Part shown: piece after piece, positions 38,451-51,374 of the stretch
Numbering within the stretch: the first letter of the stretch is position 1
How the letters are laid out: the number at the start of each line of letters is the position of its first letter
DNA from: Negaprion brevirostris
Lineage: Eukaryota
DNA: 64,000 nucleotides
Direction of reading: 5' to 3'
Assembly (NCBI GenBank): GCA_030324005.1
Contig: JARDVH010000154.1
Span: 4,066,362 to 4,130,361 of the forward strand
Notes under the pieces: model-generated
Database searches by the model: none
Told to the model about the DNA's origin: nothing
The model's input: only the letters and a program-made list of their open reading frames with translations
Made by a program: the position numbers and the translations under genes

Positions 38451-39989
38451 TATTCGATTCTTCACTGGGAAAGATTCTTTCATTTTTTTCTCTTGCCTTC
38501 AACTTGCAATGTATTCCACATGTCCGCACTCTACCTCACAGAGACCATCACAGATCTAGACCTTGCATATATAAGCAGTTCTAAACTAATAGTTTTCAAA
38601 TATAGCCAAATACTATTTGCAAACCCACTATGGCGGAATACAATTTCCTCAATTAATGCAAACAGGCGATTCTTTTTTAAACAAAAACCTTTTCATTATG
38701 TTATTCACGAGATAAGTTCCGACACTAATGTCCAGTGAAATAACTGTGAATTAGATTGAGTTATACGAGTTTTGAAAAGTGCTGAAGCTTGTCTTGAAAT
38801 GAATGAAAATTAATTAAATTCGAAATCTGTTGTGTGGTTCAATTGCTGATTTTGAGGAACAATATCGAATAGGTTCTTATTTCCTTTGCAGCCTAAGTTC
38901 TAAGGTCGGGTTTCTTGTCTCATGAGCACTTTGCTGAAAAGCAGTAATAAATTCAAACGACAGGAGATCTACTTCCTTCATACACATGAATTGCATCTTT
39001 TGGCAGGCTTCCAAACAAGGTTTGAAAAGTATTAAGCCGACATTATTTTGTTTCAGAGAGACGCTGAAGCTGTATTAAAGTTGGTTGATGGTTTACAAAT
39101 AGGAACCATTATTTGCATTTTGGAAGGTGATATATTATTTGAAGATATTGTAGACCATGCCCGAGTATTTCAGTTCCAAATTACTTATGAAAGAACAACC
39201 ACAAAATACAGACACTTTCTCCCAGGTTTCTCTTAATCAGTAGGGATGGAATTCCAGCATCAACCTTTTCAGGTAGAGAAATGCTTAGGGATTCAGCCTT
39301 GGCAAAGCAGAAATATTTTCAATTAGGAATAAAATCTCAAATACAAGCATGTTAATATCACAGTACGAGGTGTTATCGATTCTCAAATTTGAATCCGAAT
39401 ATTCTCTATGAATCTTCCCATTCGGAAAAGGTTGTAGTGTAAGTTAATTATCCAAATGTAAAGTTTATATTGAATATTATATATACTATATAAGAACATA
39501 AATATTATAATAATTGCAAGTCTTCTACAGAATTAAGTCTCAGACTGTTTTAATTTGTGCATTACTAAATTATATTACCGAAGTATTGTTCTTTTGAGCA
39601 TGTTTTAATAAAGAGTGAGATATATTTTAACTATATTGGCCCGATTATAATACATTAATACGCATTTTTGCTTGCCCAACTATAGTTCAATCGATATATA
39701 CTAACAAACTGAATCTAATTTGATGGAATTTGATTTACGATTATAAGTTATCAATTATTATATCATATGCTTGGGGATTGGGCGAAAGTAGAAGAAGCGT
39801 ATACCCCATCACATTATCAACAATTATAACAGCGCTGTGGCAATATTCTGAATCTTCCCCTCCGATTTATATTCATGGGTAATCAAGATTCACATGTTAT
39901 GATGTTCATTGAACGGCAGAGGGCGCGCGGGTGTAACCACCTGACGAGCTGCAATGGGACGGCGACATGAAACCTACATTTTTCTTCAG

Positions 39990-40095
39990 CTGAAGAAGAG
40001 GTAATTGCAATAGTCAAGACTACATAATATACTTGAGCACCAAGTACTTTGAAGTTGTGGAAAGAGCTATATAAATGCAAATTATTTCTTCCCTT
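39990..40095 (+). mobile_element. old SINE with L2-type 3' tail
   Basis: aagtactttgaagttgtggaaagagctatataaatgcaaattatttctt resembles an L2/Deu-SINE terminus. Confidence 0.5.
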
Positions 40096-40896
40096 TTTTG
40101 TTTAATATATCTGCACACTTTGTCAGCTCCTCATAATTGTGGCTGTAAGTCAAGGCCCCGAGCATTAAAATAATCACCAAGATGTTTAAATATTTACTGA
40201 AGAAGGCTGACAGAAGTTGAGCAGTGTATAAAGTTAATCATGTTATTAATGAAACCTATGATTGTTTTCTATGTGTAATTGTGAGATCCTGAGCTGATAT
40301 TCGTGATCAATCTTATTATAATAGCCCCTTTGTATTGTTTGTCTGTGTATGGTAGCTTAGTGCCAGACAGTGACCTTGGGGCTTATTGTTCAGGAAGGCT
40401 GTGCATGCAGGTGTATCAAATAAAGGCTTTAACGGTTTGGACTCCTCGGTAGTGGGATCATTACTTTCTGGTAGGAAAGGTGAAGTGGGTGAATCATAAT
40501 TAATGGATGAACGTTTTCCTTTCAAAAGCAAACTATGATCATTAATATTCTTACCAGTCTATTTCTCAACGGCGGAATTATTTCAATTCTCCTGAAGACC
40601 TCAATCATCATTAGATCCTGCTTGTGTCCTTCAGTATCTCATTCAGGCATTTTTTGATTCCTTGTCTTTCTCCTGCAAGATAGCGATGGTTTTAGCACAG
40701 CACTGAAAATTCATGCCTTAGGTTCTCCACGTTTCTCTTCTCCTCGTCTTCAAAACTCTCCCTAAGACATTTACCAACCATATTTTGGTCATCTCTTTAT
40801 GACCACTGGAGGTGAGCTTCTTATTTGTGCGTTGCTTTCAGACGTTTACGAAATGTGCACGCTAAACTGAAATTGCTATTTTTGAGGAAGCTCAAC

Positions 40897-41057
40897 TCAT
40901 AGAAACCCTACAGTGCAGAAGGAGGCCATACGGCCCACTGAGTCTGCACAAACCTCAATCCCACGCAGGCCCTATCCTCGTGCCCTAGTTAGTCCCCGTC
41001 CCCCTGACGCTAACGGGCAATGTATTATTTCCAATCCACCTCTCCCACACATCTTTG
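40897..41057 (-). mobile_element. HE1-type SINE 3' half
   Basis: catagaaaccctacagtgcagaaggaggcc...gagtctgcac is the reverse complement of the SINE tail seen at 28900-28962. Confidence 0.85.
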
Positions 41058-41324
41058 CACTGTTCAAATCTAACCATGCAACATTTTTAATTATTCAAAA
41101 TGGCATCCCATGATTTCATAAGAGTAACGAGAAATTCCTGAAATATTTAGATGGGTCTACAACGCAACCCAGTGCGCATTTGGATCGCAGGAGTGTTGGT
41201 AAAAACAGACAAATAACTTGCGACAAACATTTCCATAAAGAGAGTCGCATGCCGAGAATAGACATTATCCCAATTTACAAAAACATGCGTGAAAAACTAA
41301 ACACGATAAGGCATGTTACAGTTA

Positions 41325-41665
41325 ACGGCAAAGTATTGTGGATGCTGGAATCTGTAACAAAAACAGAAAATGCTGGAAAATCTCAACAGGCCTGACAGCG
41401 TCTGTGGAGAGAGAATAGAGTAAGAAGTCTCGCAACACCAGGAACTCTCCACTCACCTGACGAAGGACCAAACCCCGAATGGTTGTGAGTTTACTGTCAA
41501 ATAAACTGGTTGGACTCTAACCTGGTGCAGTGAGACTTCTTACTGTGTTTACCCCAGCCCAACGCCGGCATCTCCACATTGAGAGAGAATAGCGCCAACG
41601 TTTCAAGGCTGGATGACCCTTCATCAGAGACCTGCAGAGATTTTCCAGCATTTTCTGTTTATGTT
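41325..41665. mobile_element. nested Penelope-type terminal-repeat elements with hammerhead-like motifs
   Basis: Outer arms acagaaaatgctggaaaatctc / gagattttccagcattttctgt are inverted. The inner element (41419-41580) has its own inverted arms and is flanked by a 12-bp duplication gagagagaatag (41407-41418, 41581-41592). Confidence 0.75.
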
Positions 41666-43244
41666 GCAGTAAACCAGTGTTCTGGTGAAATTTAGTGAAA
41701 TGAATTCCTGTTATCTTGATTGTAATTAATAACGATCTTCTTTAACAAATGAATTATTTTTGAAGTTAATATCTGAAATATTTAAACATTGTATAATCGA
41801 CCCTATCCTAGTGAGCCCGGATATGATCAAATGTTTGATAATGAGATCTCATTACAATTACCAATACTATTCTGAAGCATTGTAATATTGGACCAATGGG
41901 TTTCTTTGCCTGATGGAATCGTGCGACAATGAACCTTGATATTATTAAATACAGCTATCATCGCGGTTATATTGAAAACCAGTTTTAGTGAAACTTTGAT
42001 ATGGCGCTGTTATGTGTAATGAAATACTTACTATCTTACTATAAGAACCTCGTTTTATGAAACAATTTCATATTCGCCATTTTTATAGCGAAGACATATT
42101 ATAATCAACACCGTTACAGTGAAATGCTGTTATANNNNNNNNNNNNNNNNNNNNNNNNNNNNNNNNNNNNNNNNNNNNNNNNNNNNNNNNNNNNNNNNNN
42201 NNNNNNNNNNNNNNNNNNNNNNNNNNNNNNNNNNNNNNNNNNNNNNNNNNNNNNNNNNNNNNNNNNNNNNNNNNNNNNNNNNNNNNNNNNNNNNNNNNNN
42301 NNNNNNNNNNNNNNNNNNNNNNNNNNNNNNNNNNNNNNNNNNNNNNNNNNNNNNNNNNNNNNNNNNNNNNNNNNNNNNNNNNNNNNNNNNNNNNNNNNNN
42401 NNNNNNNNNNNNNNNNNNNNNNNNNNNNNNNNNNNNNNNNNNNNNNNNNNNNNNNNCTATTTGAAAAATATTTTGCTACATTTACAGTTAATTTGAGAAC
42501 TCGTTATACAAGTAATGATGTATATGCACTATGTTATAGTGTAATAAACTACTGATAGAGTAATTATCACAAAGACAACTGACTCGGAGGACACGATACT
42601 GAGCCAAAAACTGAAAACCTGAAGGAAAGTATCTTAGGATCTTCATTACGCTATCACGAATCCAATCAGAAAGAAGGGATATTATTGCGTTCTTTATCTG
42701 CTTGTAGATAAATATTTTACTTCAAGGAATACCCTTTGTGTGTGCCAATGTTTTCAGCAACCCACTTAATGAATGTGTCATTTGTGGAAAAGGCCCGGAT
42801 TGTTTATAAGGGGCAGTAAAAAGAAGAATTTAATTTGAGGGCTCTAACCAAATATGCTAGCTCTTAATCTGTAAAATTGAATTTTCCAGGCATCCCAAAG
42901 CACGTGGGGAAATCAGTCGTCTTTTAACCTTGTTTGAGGTCAGTTCCTGTGCTTCTTTTCAAATTATATGGGAACATTGGAATACGAGTGTGCAGCCTAT
43001 TGAGCCTGCTTAATTAGATCATGATTGATCTGTACTAATTGCAAATGAACCCTTTCGGTAGTACTTTCCCAAGTAATGTTTGGTTTCTCATTTATCCCTT
43101 TTCCTGATACTTCCCTGCTCGGCATGGCAGATCGCAACCTTAGACATTCAGCAGCAGAATTAAACCCTCTTGATTGGCAATTATTTTTTTCTTTATAAGA
43201 ACGACGAGCAACTTGGATACTTAATGAAAAGTTACATTTTACTA

Positions 43245-43388
43245 AAAGAAAAGCAGAAAACGCTGGAAGCTCTCAGCGGGTCAGGGAGCATTTATGGAGA
43301 GAAAAACAACTTAGGTCGATGATTTTGCTTCAGGTTTACACAGATGCTGTCTGACCTGCTGAGAGCTTCCAGCCTTTGCTGTGTTTAA
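43245..43388. mobile_element. palindromic Penelope-type repeat fragment
   Basis: gctggaagctctcagcgggtcag ... ctgacctgctgagagcttccagc inverted arms. Confidence 0.7.
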
Positions 43389-43764
43389 TGAATGTTCCCT
43401 GCTTCGGAAATGTTTTGCTTTTGTTTTAGCTTTCATTTACACCCTACTTTGATTCTGGTTGGCAAATGCTGAGAGGGGACAGCACACATTTACTAGGATT
43501 CTGATAAGAGGGAAATCAGTAAAACAACTGGGGCTGGATTCATTCGAGAAGAAATCGTGGGAGATTTGATATCCCTCTTTGAAATGGAAAGGGATTTAAT
43601 TGCGATATACGGGACAAGATTGTTAGTCAGCCTAAAATGAGGGAACATAGATTCAGCATTAAGTATGAGGGATTTGGTACAGAACGCTAGATACATATTT
43701 CTAACCAAAAGGTTCTGCGTCCAGGGAATGCTCTGCTGGGGTTACTGATTGCTTCTTTTTCGTC

Positions 43765-46500
43765 TATTGAAGGATTTGGCCGTCGCTGAAAATACCAGCA
43801 TTTATTGTTCTCTCCTAATCGCCATTGAGCAGGTGACGATACGATGCCTTACTTGGTGAAGGTACTCCAAGAGTTCTGTGCGAGTGAGTTCCCGGATTTC
43901 GACCCATTAGCGACGACAGAAAATGGAAGAACGGCGAGATATTTCAAAATCAGGATAGAATGAGACCTGCAGGGAACTTCAAACATTGGACTGCGGCAGT
44001 TCAAGAAGGCAACTCACCACCACCTTGTCAAGGGCAAATAGGATTGGGCAATAAATACTGACCTAGCCATCGATGCCCCCATTCCATGAATGAATTTTAA
44101 AAAACGCTCGTTCCCTTGATCTCTCTAGGACAGTTAGTGCCCTTTTATGTCTGGAAGGGGCTGCCGAACAAGTCCTGGCGAATACTGCCCTGCATTTTAT
44201 AGATGGCATATATCATAGTCACAGCGCTACAGTGGTGGATGAATCGAATGTTTAGTATGGAGGATGAGGTGCCAATCAAATTCTCCTAAATAGTATCGAG
44301 TTTCTTGAGTGCTGTTAGGTAGCACCATCCTGGCAATGTTCCATCATACTTCTGATTGCACTTTCAGCCATAGTTTTCATGTGGCTGACACGATTAAATT
44401 TCTGGCCTATGGTTTGGGATGGCGAGGGCGATACTACGATAGCAATGCTGTTGGAAGATTAGATGGTTAGATTACCTCTTGTTTCGCATAGTCTTTACAT
44501 GCTACTTATGTGGCATGAATATATTGTGTCACTCATCAACCCAAGGCTGAATGTTATCCAGATCTTGCTGTATGTGGGGAAGGAGTGCTTCATCTGAGGA
44601 GTTGCAACAGGAAGTGACCACTGAGCAAACATCAGGCTAGAACCCAGCCTGACCTACTGATTGAGGAAGGTGATTGATAATATGGAAAAGATTATCATGC
44701 TTAAGTTGTCGCCCAAGGAACTCATGTGGCTGGGACTAGGCACTAAGACAACCGACTTTCAACAACCACAGAGATCTTCCTTTGCACTTTGCATGGGTTT
44801 AGAAGGTGCTGTTTAAGAAGTCTTGGTGAATTCATAAGTATAGGACATTTTCCACATTGCTAGGTAGAAATCAGAGCAATATACTGTAACAGGTTAGCAA
44901 ATGGTGTGGCTAGTTCTGGGGTACAAGTATTCGACACTACAATCAAAATATTTTCGTGGCCCACAGCTTCTGTTTTACGCGTTATATTCAGCTATTTCAT
45001 GATATCACAGGGAGTGAATCAAATTAGCTGAAATCTAATTTTCATGATGGTCAGGCAGATGGGAGACAGGTTATCCACTCAGTATTCCACTGAAGATGGT
45101 TGGAAACGCTTCGACGATGCCTTCTGTGCATATGCCTGACTCCAGCAGCATTGAGGATGGAAATATTTCTAGAATCCCAACCCCACGACCCCCACCCCAC
45201 CCCGCACCTCCAACATATGTTAGTTGCTTCTTGCCAACAAACAAAACAACCTGGAGTCTGGATGTGGAGCTTTGATTTGATCAGTTGATTGTATGATTGC
45301 TTAATTCTGCCTATACATTGTTTCTCCCACTATTCAGCATGCATATAGTTCTGTGTTGTAGCTTCATAAGTTATGCTAGGTACTGCTCCTGGTGTGCTCT
45401 TCTGCAATCTTCATTGATTTGCTCCCTGGGTTTGATGATGATAGTAGAGTGAGGAGTATGCTGGACGTTGGGGGTTACAACATTGATTCTGCTGCTGTTG
45501 TTAATCTGAAGTGTCAATAGCTGCCTAGTTTTCATTTGCTTGATCCGTTCTGAATATATGACAGTGATAATTCCACACAACTATATGTAGTGATTTCTCG
45601 GTGTGAAGACAAGACCTCGTCTACACAAACATGGCAGTCACTCCAGCAGTAATGTCACAGAGGAATTATACCTGTGGTATCTGGCGAGGACAAGGTCAAG
45701 TATAGTTTTCCTTCATGTTAGTTTTCTCATCCCTGCTAGAGGACCAGTCTGGCAGTTCTGTCATTCAGACCCAACCATATCTGGCATTACCTGTACTCCA
45801 TTCACTCTGCAATGGAAGTTGAAGTTCCCCATCTCCACTGTGTGCTCTTGCTGCCCTCAGTGCTTCTCTCAGGTGCCGTTGGAGGTTTTTCCCTCGTTTA
45901 TTTTTGACTGGATGTCATGAGACATCATGTGTCAAGAGTTATCGTTGAGGGCTACAGGGTAACTTCGACTTGACTGCATGTCGCTGTACCACTGGTGGGT
46001 CTCGTCTGCCAGTTGGATGTGACATCCCGAAGGATGGTAATAGAGGTCTGGAATTTTGGCTCTTATCTTGGAAAAAGTTTACAGACGTTAATGGGAAGGC
46101 TATTGAAGGGCGGACGGACCTAAATGCATGTTTGTTGCACCCGAATCCAGTTTCTAGGTTGAATCTGAGCGATCAGTCTGTTTTTATTCCTTGATGTCTT
46201 CAGTAGAGGTTTGTACACCTGGGTGACTGGCTAAGCTCTTTTGGAGGCCAGTTAAAAATCCCACAATGCCGTGTTTTGGAATCAATGCGAGTCAGACTGA
46301 ATGAAGGTGGTAGATTTCCTTCCCGAAATTACACGATTGAACTATATTTTTTTATAATAACCCATTGTCAGCAATGAAATAAGCTTTTTAATTCCACGCG
46401 TATTTAAGTTAATTTAAATTTCCAAGCTACCTTATTGGTATTTACTAATTAATTCAGGCCGCTGGATTAGTAGTCCAGTTATATAACTGCTATGCTATCG
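43765..46500 (-). mobile_element. long decayed LINE (CR1/L2 supergroup) with a plus-strand 3' fragment of the same family at ~43985-44100
   Basis: ccagcatttattg..ctaatcgccattgag is the reverse complement of the tail seen forward at 44030-44060 (caagggcaaatagg...caataaatactg). Degenerate LINE-like sequence continues from there. Confidence 0.55.
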
Positions 46501-47019
46501 TGGCCCCACATATGAAAATGTAAGGATAGACCAGGTAGATTGTATAACACGACAACAATGGGGCAAGCACATGAGATTAGGAATGTAAATCCTATAGAAG
46601 ATGCATGTCAATGCAGACTATTTGCGTCGAATATCTCTCGACTGTCTATTCTTAGTAATTCAATGTAACAGTAATACCTTGTGTTAACATGAGTCACACT
46701 ATGAGCTGCGACTTACATTCTGCTCACTGGAAAGAAGTCACTTGGAGCGTTCAACTTACTTCGTATTATTCAAACCACCGTCATAGTTTTACTCCCAATT
46801 ATGCTGACGCCTCGGACATCAATGGCAGTCAAGGAGATTGAGATGCAGAAGGGACCAGCACTGAAGCAATGTAGACTTTTTAGGAGATAGTGTGGTTGAA
46901 GGAGAATACAAAGCTAGCGAAGGGTGAAACAATGCAAAGGTTTCAGCAAAAGGATGAACGTTTTTAATTTAAAGTGTTACGAGATTGAAATTTTCAGTAA
47001 AGGGAGAAGAAATTTACCA

Positions 47020-47340
47020 CAATTATATGAGACATGAGGGACTTCAGTTATGCATTACTGGAGTTACTGGAGCAGAGGAGGTCAATGGGATCTTTAATGG
47101 AGAGGGTCAACATGATGCGGATGTGTGAGAGTGTAAACACTTAAGAATTGTTTGCAATGGTGGATGAGTCGGCATCAAGAGGACAGGTTTAAGATCATTG
47201 GCTAAAGGTCCAGAAGGAAGGTGAGTTGACGACATTTTATGCAATAATTTGTCCTGACCTAGTTAGACACCGCATGAAAGAATGTTAGAATTAGGTTCAA
47301 TAGTGAATATCAAAAAAAGGAATTGGATAGATAGTTGAAG
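47020..47340 (+). mobile_element. decayed CR1 3' fragment
   Basis: ggagcagaggaggtcaatgggatctttaat and caagaggacaggtttaagat resemble the CR1 3' end. Confidence 0.55.
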
Positions 47341-47349
47341 AGAGAAAAA

Positions 47350-47860
47350 GATCGACTTCCATTTCTAGCGCACCTTCCATGAGCTCAGGTCTTCCCAAAG
47401 CACTTCATGGCTAACTAAATATTTCGACTCTAATGAAGGGTCATTCAGATTCGAAACGTTAGCTCTGTTCTCGCTTCATAGATACTGTCAGACCTGCTAT
47501 TTCTGCTATAAATACTTTGACGTTTAGTTGTAATGTTGGGATAAGCAGCATTGAATTTCCGCGTAATAGCTCCAAAAAATAGTAAGATGATAAGGACCCT
47601 GTTTTCTCATTGCGTTAATTACGGGATAAATATCGATCAGAGCAACTGCTAGATTCCTACTTTTCTCAGAAATCGTGCTCTGGGATTTTTGTTAACCAAG
47701 ACACCTTATCAAAAATGCAGTGCCTCCCTAGGCCTAGTATTTTCTTGCTGCTTACCCACAGACCGTGCAGCATTCCCTCGGTAATGCAGAAATATGTTAG
47801 CCTGGATTTGGTGCTCCAGTCTCTGGTTTCGGACTTGAACCTGTGACCTTCTGTTCAGTG
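47350..47860 (-). mobile_element. Deu-domain (SacSINE1/AmnSINE1-like) SINE interrupted by a Penelope fragment
   Basis: L2-type tail (ccatttctagcgcaccttc...cccaaagcacttca), Deu-like gttgtaatgttggga..gcagc, and tRNA-like head ggacttgaacctgtgaccttctg. Confidence 0.55.
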
Positions 47861-47958
47861 GTAAAACATGTTGGGCTATGGCGAAAGCACATGGGATTGA
47901 AGTTATTGGGTCGGCCTTTCAAAGATTGACCAGAAGCACAGAATGATCTCCCTTGGTG

Positions 47959-48113
47959 CTGTAAGTTTCTATTGTACTGAGTGAAAGATCCACTCAGTGG
48001 TAGTTCTCTAGCTTTGAGGAACAATGTAAATTCAATCTGTAAGTTTCTATTGTACTTAGTGACAGATCCACTCAGTGGTAGTTCTCTAGCTTTGAGGAAC
48101 AATGTAAATTCAA
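47959..48113. repeat. 78-bp tandem duplication (2 copies, 2 mismatches)
   Basis: ctgtaagtttctattgtact...aatgtaaattcaa occurs at 47959 and 48037. Confidence 0.93.
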
Positions 48114-48179
48114 AAACATAGTGGGGATTCCATTGCTGTGCTAAGGGAACCAGGTTGAGGTATCTAAATGTGAACAAAA

Positions 48180-49215
48180 TTGGTTTCTTGACAGAAGCCA
48201 GAGAACGGTTGCAGAGGGTTGTTTTCCAAACTGGAGGCCTGTGACCAGCGGTATGCCTCAGGGATCGGTGCTGGGTCTACAGTTATTTGTCATTTATATT
48301 AATGATTTGGATGAAAATATTGGAATGCGTGATCAATAAGTTTGCAGATGACACCAAGTGGCAAAGTGGACAGGGAAAATAGTTATCTCCAATTGGATCA
48401 GTGGGCTAATGAATGGCGGGTGGAGTTTAATTTAGACAAATGCGAGGTGATGCACTTTGGTAGGTTGAACCAGGGCAGGACCTAATCAGTTAATGGTATG
48501 GTGTTACAAAGAGATCTAGGGGTAAATGTTCATAGTTCCTTGAAAGTGGAGTCACAGGTGGACAGAGTAGTGAAGAAGGCACTTGGCATGCTTGGTTTCA
48601 CCAGTCAAAACATTGAATACAGGAGTTGGGGTGTCTTGTTGAAGTTGTATAAGACATTGGTAAGGCCACACTTGGAATACTGTGTGCAGTTCTGGTCATC
48701 CTATTATAGAATTACTAGGTTATTAATCTTGAAAGAGTGCAGAAAAGATTTATTAGGATGCTACCTTGATGGTTTGGGTTATAAGGAGAGCCTGGTTAGA
48801 CTGGAACCTTTTCTCTGGAGCGTAGGAAGCTGAGGGGTAATCTTATAGAGGTCTATAAAATAATGAGGGACACAGATCAGCTAGATATCAATATCTTTTC
48901 CCAAGGTAGGGGAGTCTAAAACTAGAGGACATAGGTTTAATGTGAGAAGGGAGAGATACAAAAGTGTGCAGAGGGGCATTTTTTTCACACAGAGGGTGGT
49001 AAGTGTCTGGAACAAACTGCCAGAGGTAGTAGTAGAGGCGGGTACAATGTTGTCTTTTAAAAAGCATTTAGATAGTTACATGGGTAAGATGGTATAGAGA
49101 GATATGGGTCAAATGCAGGCAATTGGGATTAGCTTAGAGGTTTAAAAAAAGGGTGGCATGGACAAGTTGGGCTGAAGAGCCTGTTTCCATGCTGTAAACC
49201 TCTATGATTCTATGA
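48180..49215 (+). mobile_element. CR1 (HER1-like) LINE, 5'-truncated RT and 3' end, frameshifted
   Basis: PQGSVLG, KFADDTK and LYKTLVRPHLEYCVQFWS motifs, ending in a (tctatga) tail. Confidence 0.93.
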
Positions 49216-49936
49216 AACATTGTCTTGTACATGCGGCTGAAACCCATTCTACAACTTCAAGTACACTTGGGTAGTAAAATGAAGGCCCGTAGGAGCCTAC
49301 TTAATGTATTGTCCAAACTGAGCGTCCATCGCACTTATTGTAAATCTGCAAAGCAACAAAGCACGACGCATTTCAGGCAATCTGACAGGTCTAGAAGACA
49401 TTCTTTCAGAGTTATATTGATTTCATTCATTTGTTTTGAAACACAATATTGTGCTAAATTGACGTTATATTCCAAGCAGTGTGGGTAAAATAGAACTTTA
49501 TCGAAAGGTGGAGTCCTATTTTCCGGTTTAATGATATTTGGGATTGGAGTGTTAAGTTAAAAATTCACATCGGTGCAATTCGTCTTTCTATTGCGCGAAG
49601 GTGGTGACAGTTTACCTTTGCGATATTGAATGTCTCCATGACTAGTGGCCGATGGAACTCCACGGCTAAGACTATAACATCTGCAAGCTCGAGATGCAAA
49701 CTCGTGGCTACTTTGTGGCTAACTCCACGCCAGTATTGAAAGATACCTGAAGACAGTTGCCACACACCCTTAAGCATTAGAGCCTGCATAATTATGGGTC
49801 CCCGCAGTCGATTCGTGCTTTTGTGCCTTGCAACTGCTATTTAGCGTCAAATTGAGAGAAGGCGTGTTTTGTGGACCTTACCCTGTGAATCCACCTCGGA
49901 ATTTATGTTAGATTGAACGGCTCTCAGCAAGAAATT

Positions 49937-50019
49937 CCAACAGGGGGCACCAAAAGGTCCGTTCCTAGTCCGAGTTTAGTCAGCTGTTGCAAAGCGTGCA
50001 TTACACTAGCAGGTGGCAT
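49937..50019 (+). promoter_or_regulatory. two co-oriented CTCF-like motifs
   Basis: CCAACAGGGGGCAC (49937-49950) and CTAGCAGGTGGCAT (50006-50019), compared with the core CCASYAGRKGGCRS. Confidence 0.45.
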
Positions 50020-50187
50020 TACAGAGACATCACAACTGTATTGATGTTACACTTGAGTTAGAGAACTACTACTACTCTCGAGAAGGCGCCTTTCCTTTGA
50101 AGAGTTAAAATCGATGGAGTGCTGGTGCTGAACCACCAAGATATTATTTAACCAGAGCTTTATTTAACTAGAGCGTGGCACAGTGGT

Positions 50188-51365
50188 TAACATCGGAACA
50201 TAAAAAATAGGGGCAGGAGTAGGCTAATCGGCCTTTTGAGACTGAACCACCATTCAATATTATCATTGTTGATCATGCACTTTCAATATCCCATTCCCGC
50301 TTTCTCTGCATACCCCTTGATCCCTTTAGCTACAAGGGCCATATCCAGCTCCACCTTGAACATATCTAACGAACAGGTAGAGAATTCCACAGGTTCACAT
50401 CTCGCCGAGTGAACAAGTTCTTCCTCATCTCAGTTTCTGAATGGCTTACTTTTTATTCTTAGACTCTGACCCCTAGTTCTGCGCTTCCCCAGCATTCTTC
50501 CCGCATCTGACCTGTCCAAAGTGGGAAAGGGGAACTGATCCACTTCAGGTCAGCCATGATCTTATTGAATGGCTGGGCAGGCTCGAAGGGCAAGATGGCC
50601 TACTCCTGCTCCTATTTCTTATGTTCTTACGTTCTTATCCCATCAGCATTTTATTTGATTCGATGAGACCCCTCTCATTCTTCTAAATTCCAGCGAGTAC
50701 AAGTCCAGTCGATCCAATCTCTCTTCCTATGTCAATCCTGCCATTCCAGGAATCAGTCTGGTGAACTTTCACTGGACTCCCTCAGTAGCCAGAACGTCCT
50801 TCCTCAGATTAGGAGGCCAAAACTGCACACAATACTCAAGGTATGGCCTCACCAAAGCTCTGTATAACTGCAGCAAGACATCTTTACTCCTATACTCAAA
50901 TTCTCTTGCTATGAAGGCCAGCATGCCATTAGCTTTCCTCACCACCTGCAGTACCTCTATGCCAACCTACAACGACTGTTCCACCAAGCACTTCCCCTTT
51001 TCCTAGCATTCAGATAATAACCTTTCTTCCGGTTTTTGCCACCAAAGTGGATAACGTCACATTAATCCACATTATATTGCATTTGCCAAGTATTTGCCAG
51101 CCTGTCTAAGTCACCCTGTAGCCTCGAGGTATCCTCCTCGTAGCACACACTTAGCTTCGTGTCGTCTGCAGATGTGGAGACATTGTATTCAATTCATTCA
51201 TCCAAATTATTCATGTATATTGTGAATAGCTGGGATCCCAGTACTGAACCCTGTGGTACCCTACTAGTCACTGCCTGCCGCTGTGGAAAGAACACATTTA
51301 TTCCCACTCTCTTTTTCTTGCCTGCCAACCAGTTCTCTATCCACATCAATACATTACTTCCAATA
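50188..51365 (-). mobile_element. CR1 LINE 3' region, with a plus-strand CR1 tail inserted at ~50520-50638
   Basis: Reverse-strand RT motifs (aactgcacacaatactcaagg = LEYCVQF; gtcgtctgca = ADD; gaaccctgtggtacc = VPQGS). Confidence 0.88.
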
Positions 51366-51374
51366 CCACGAGCT

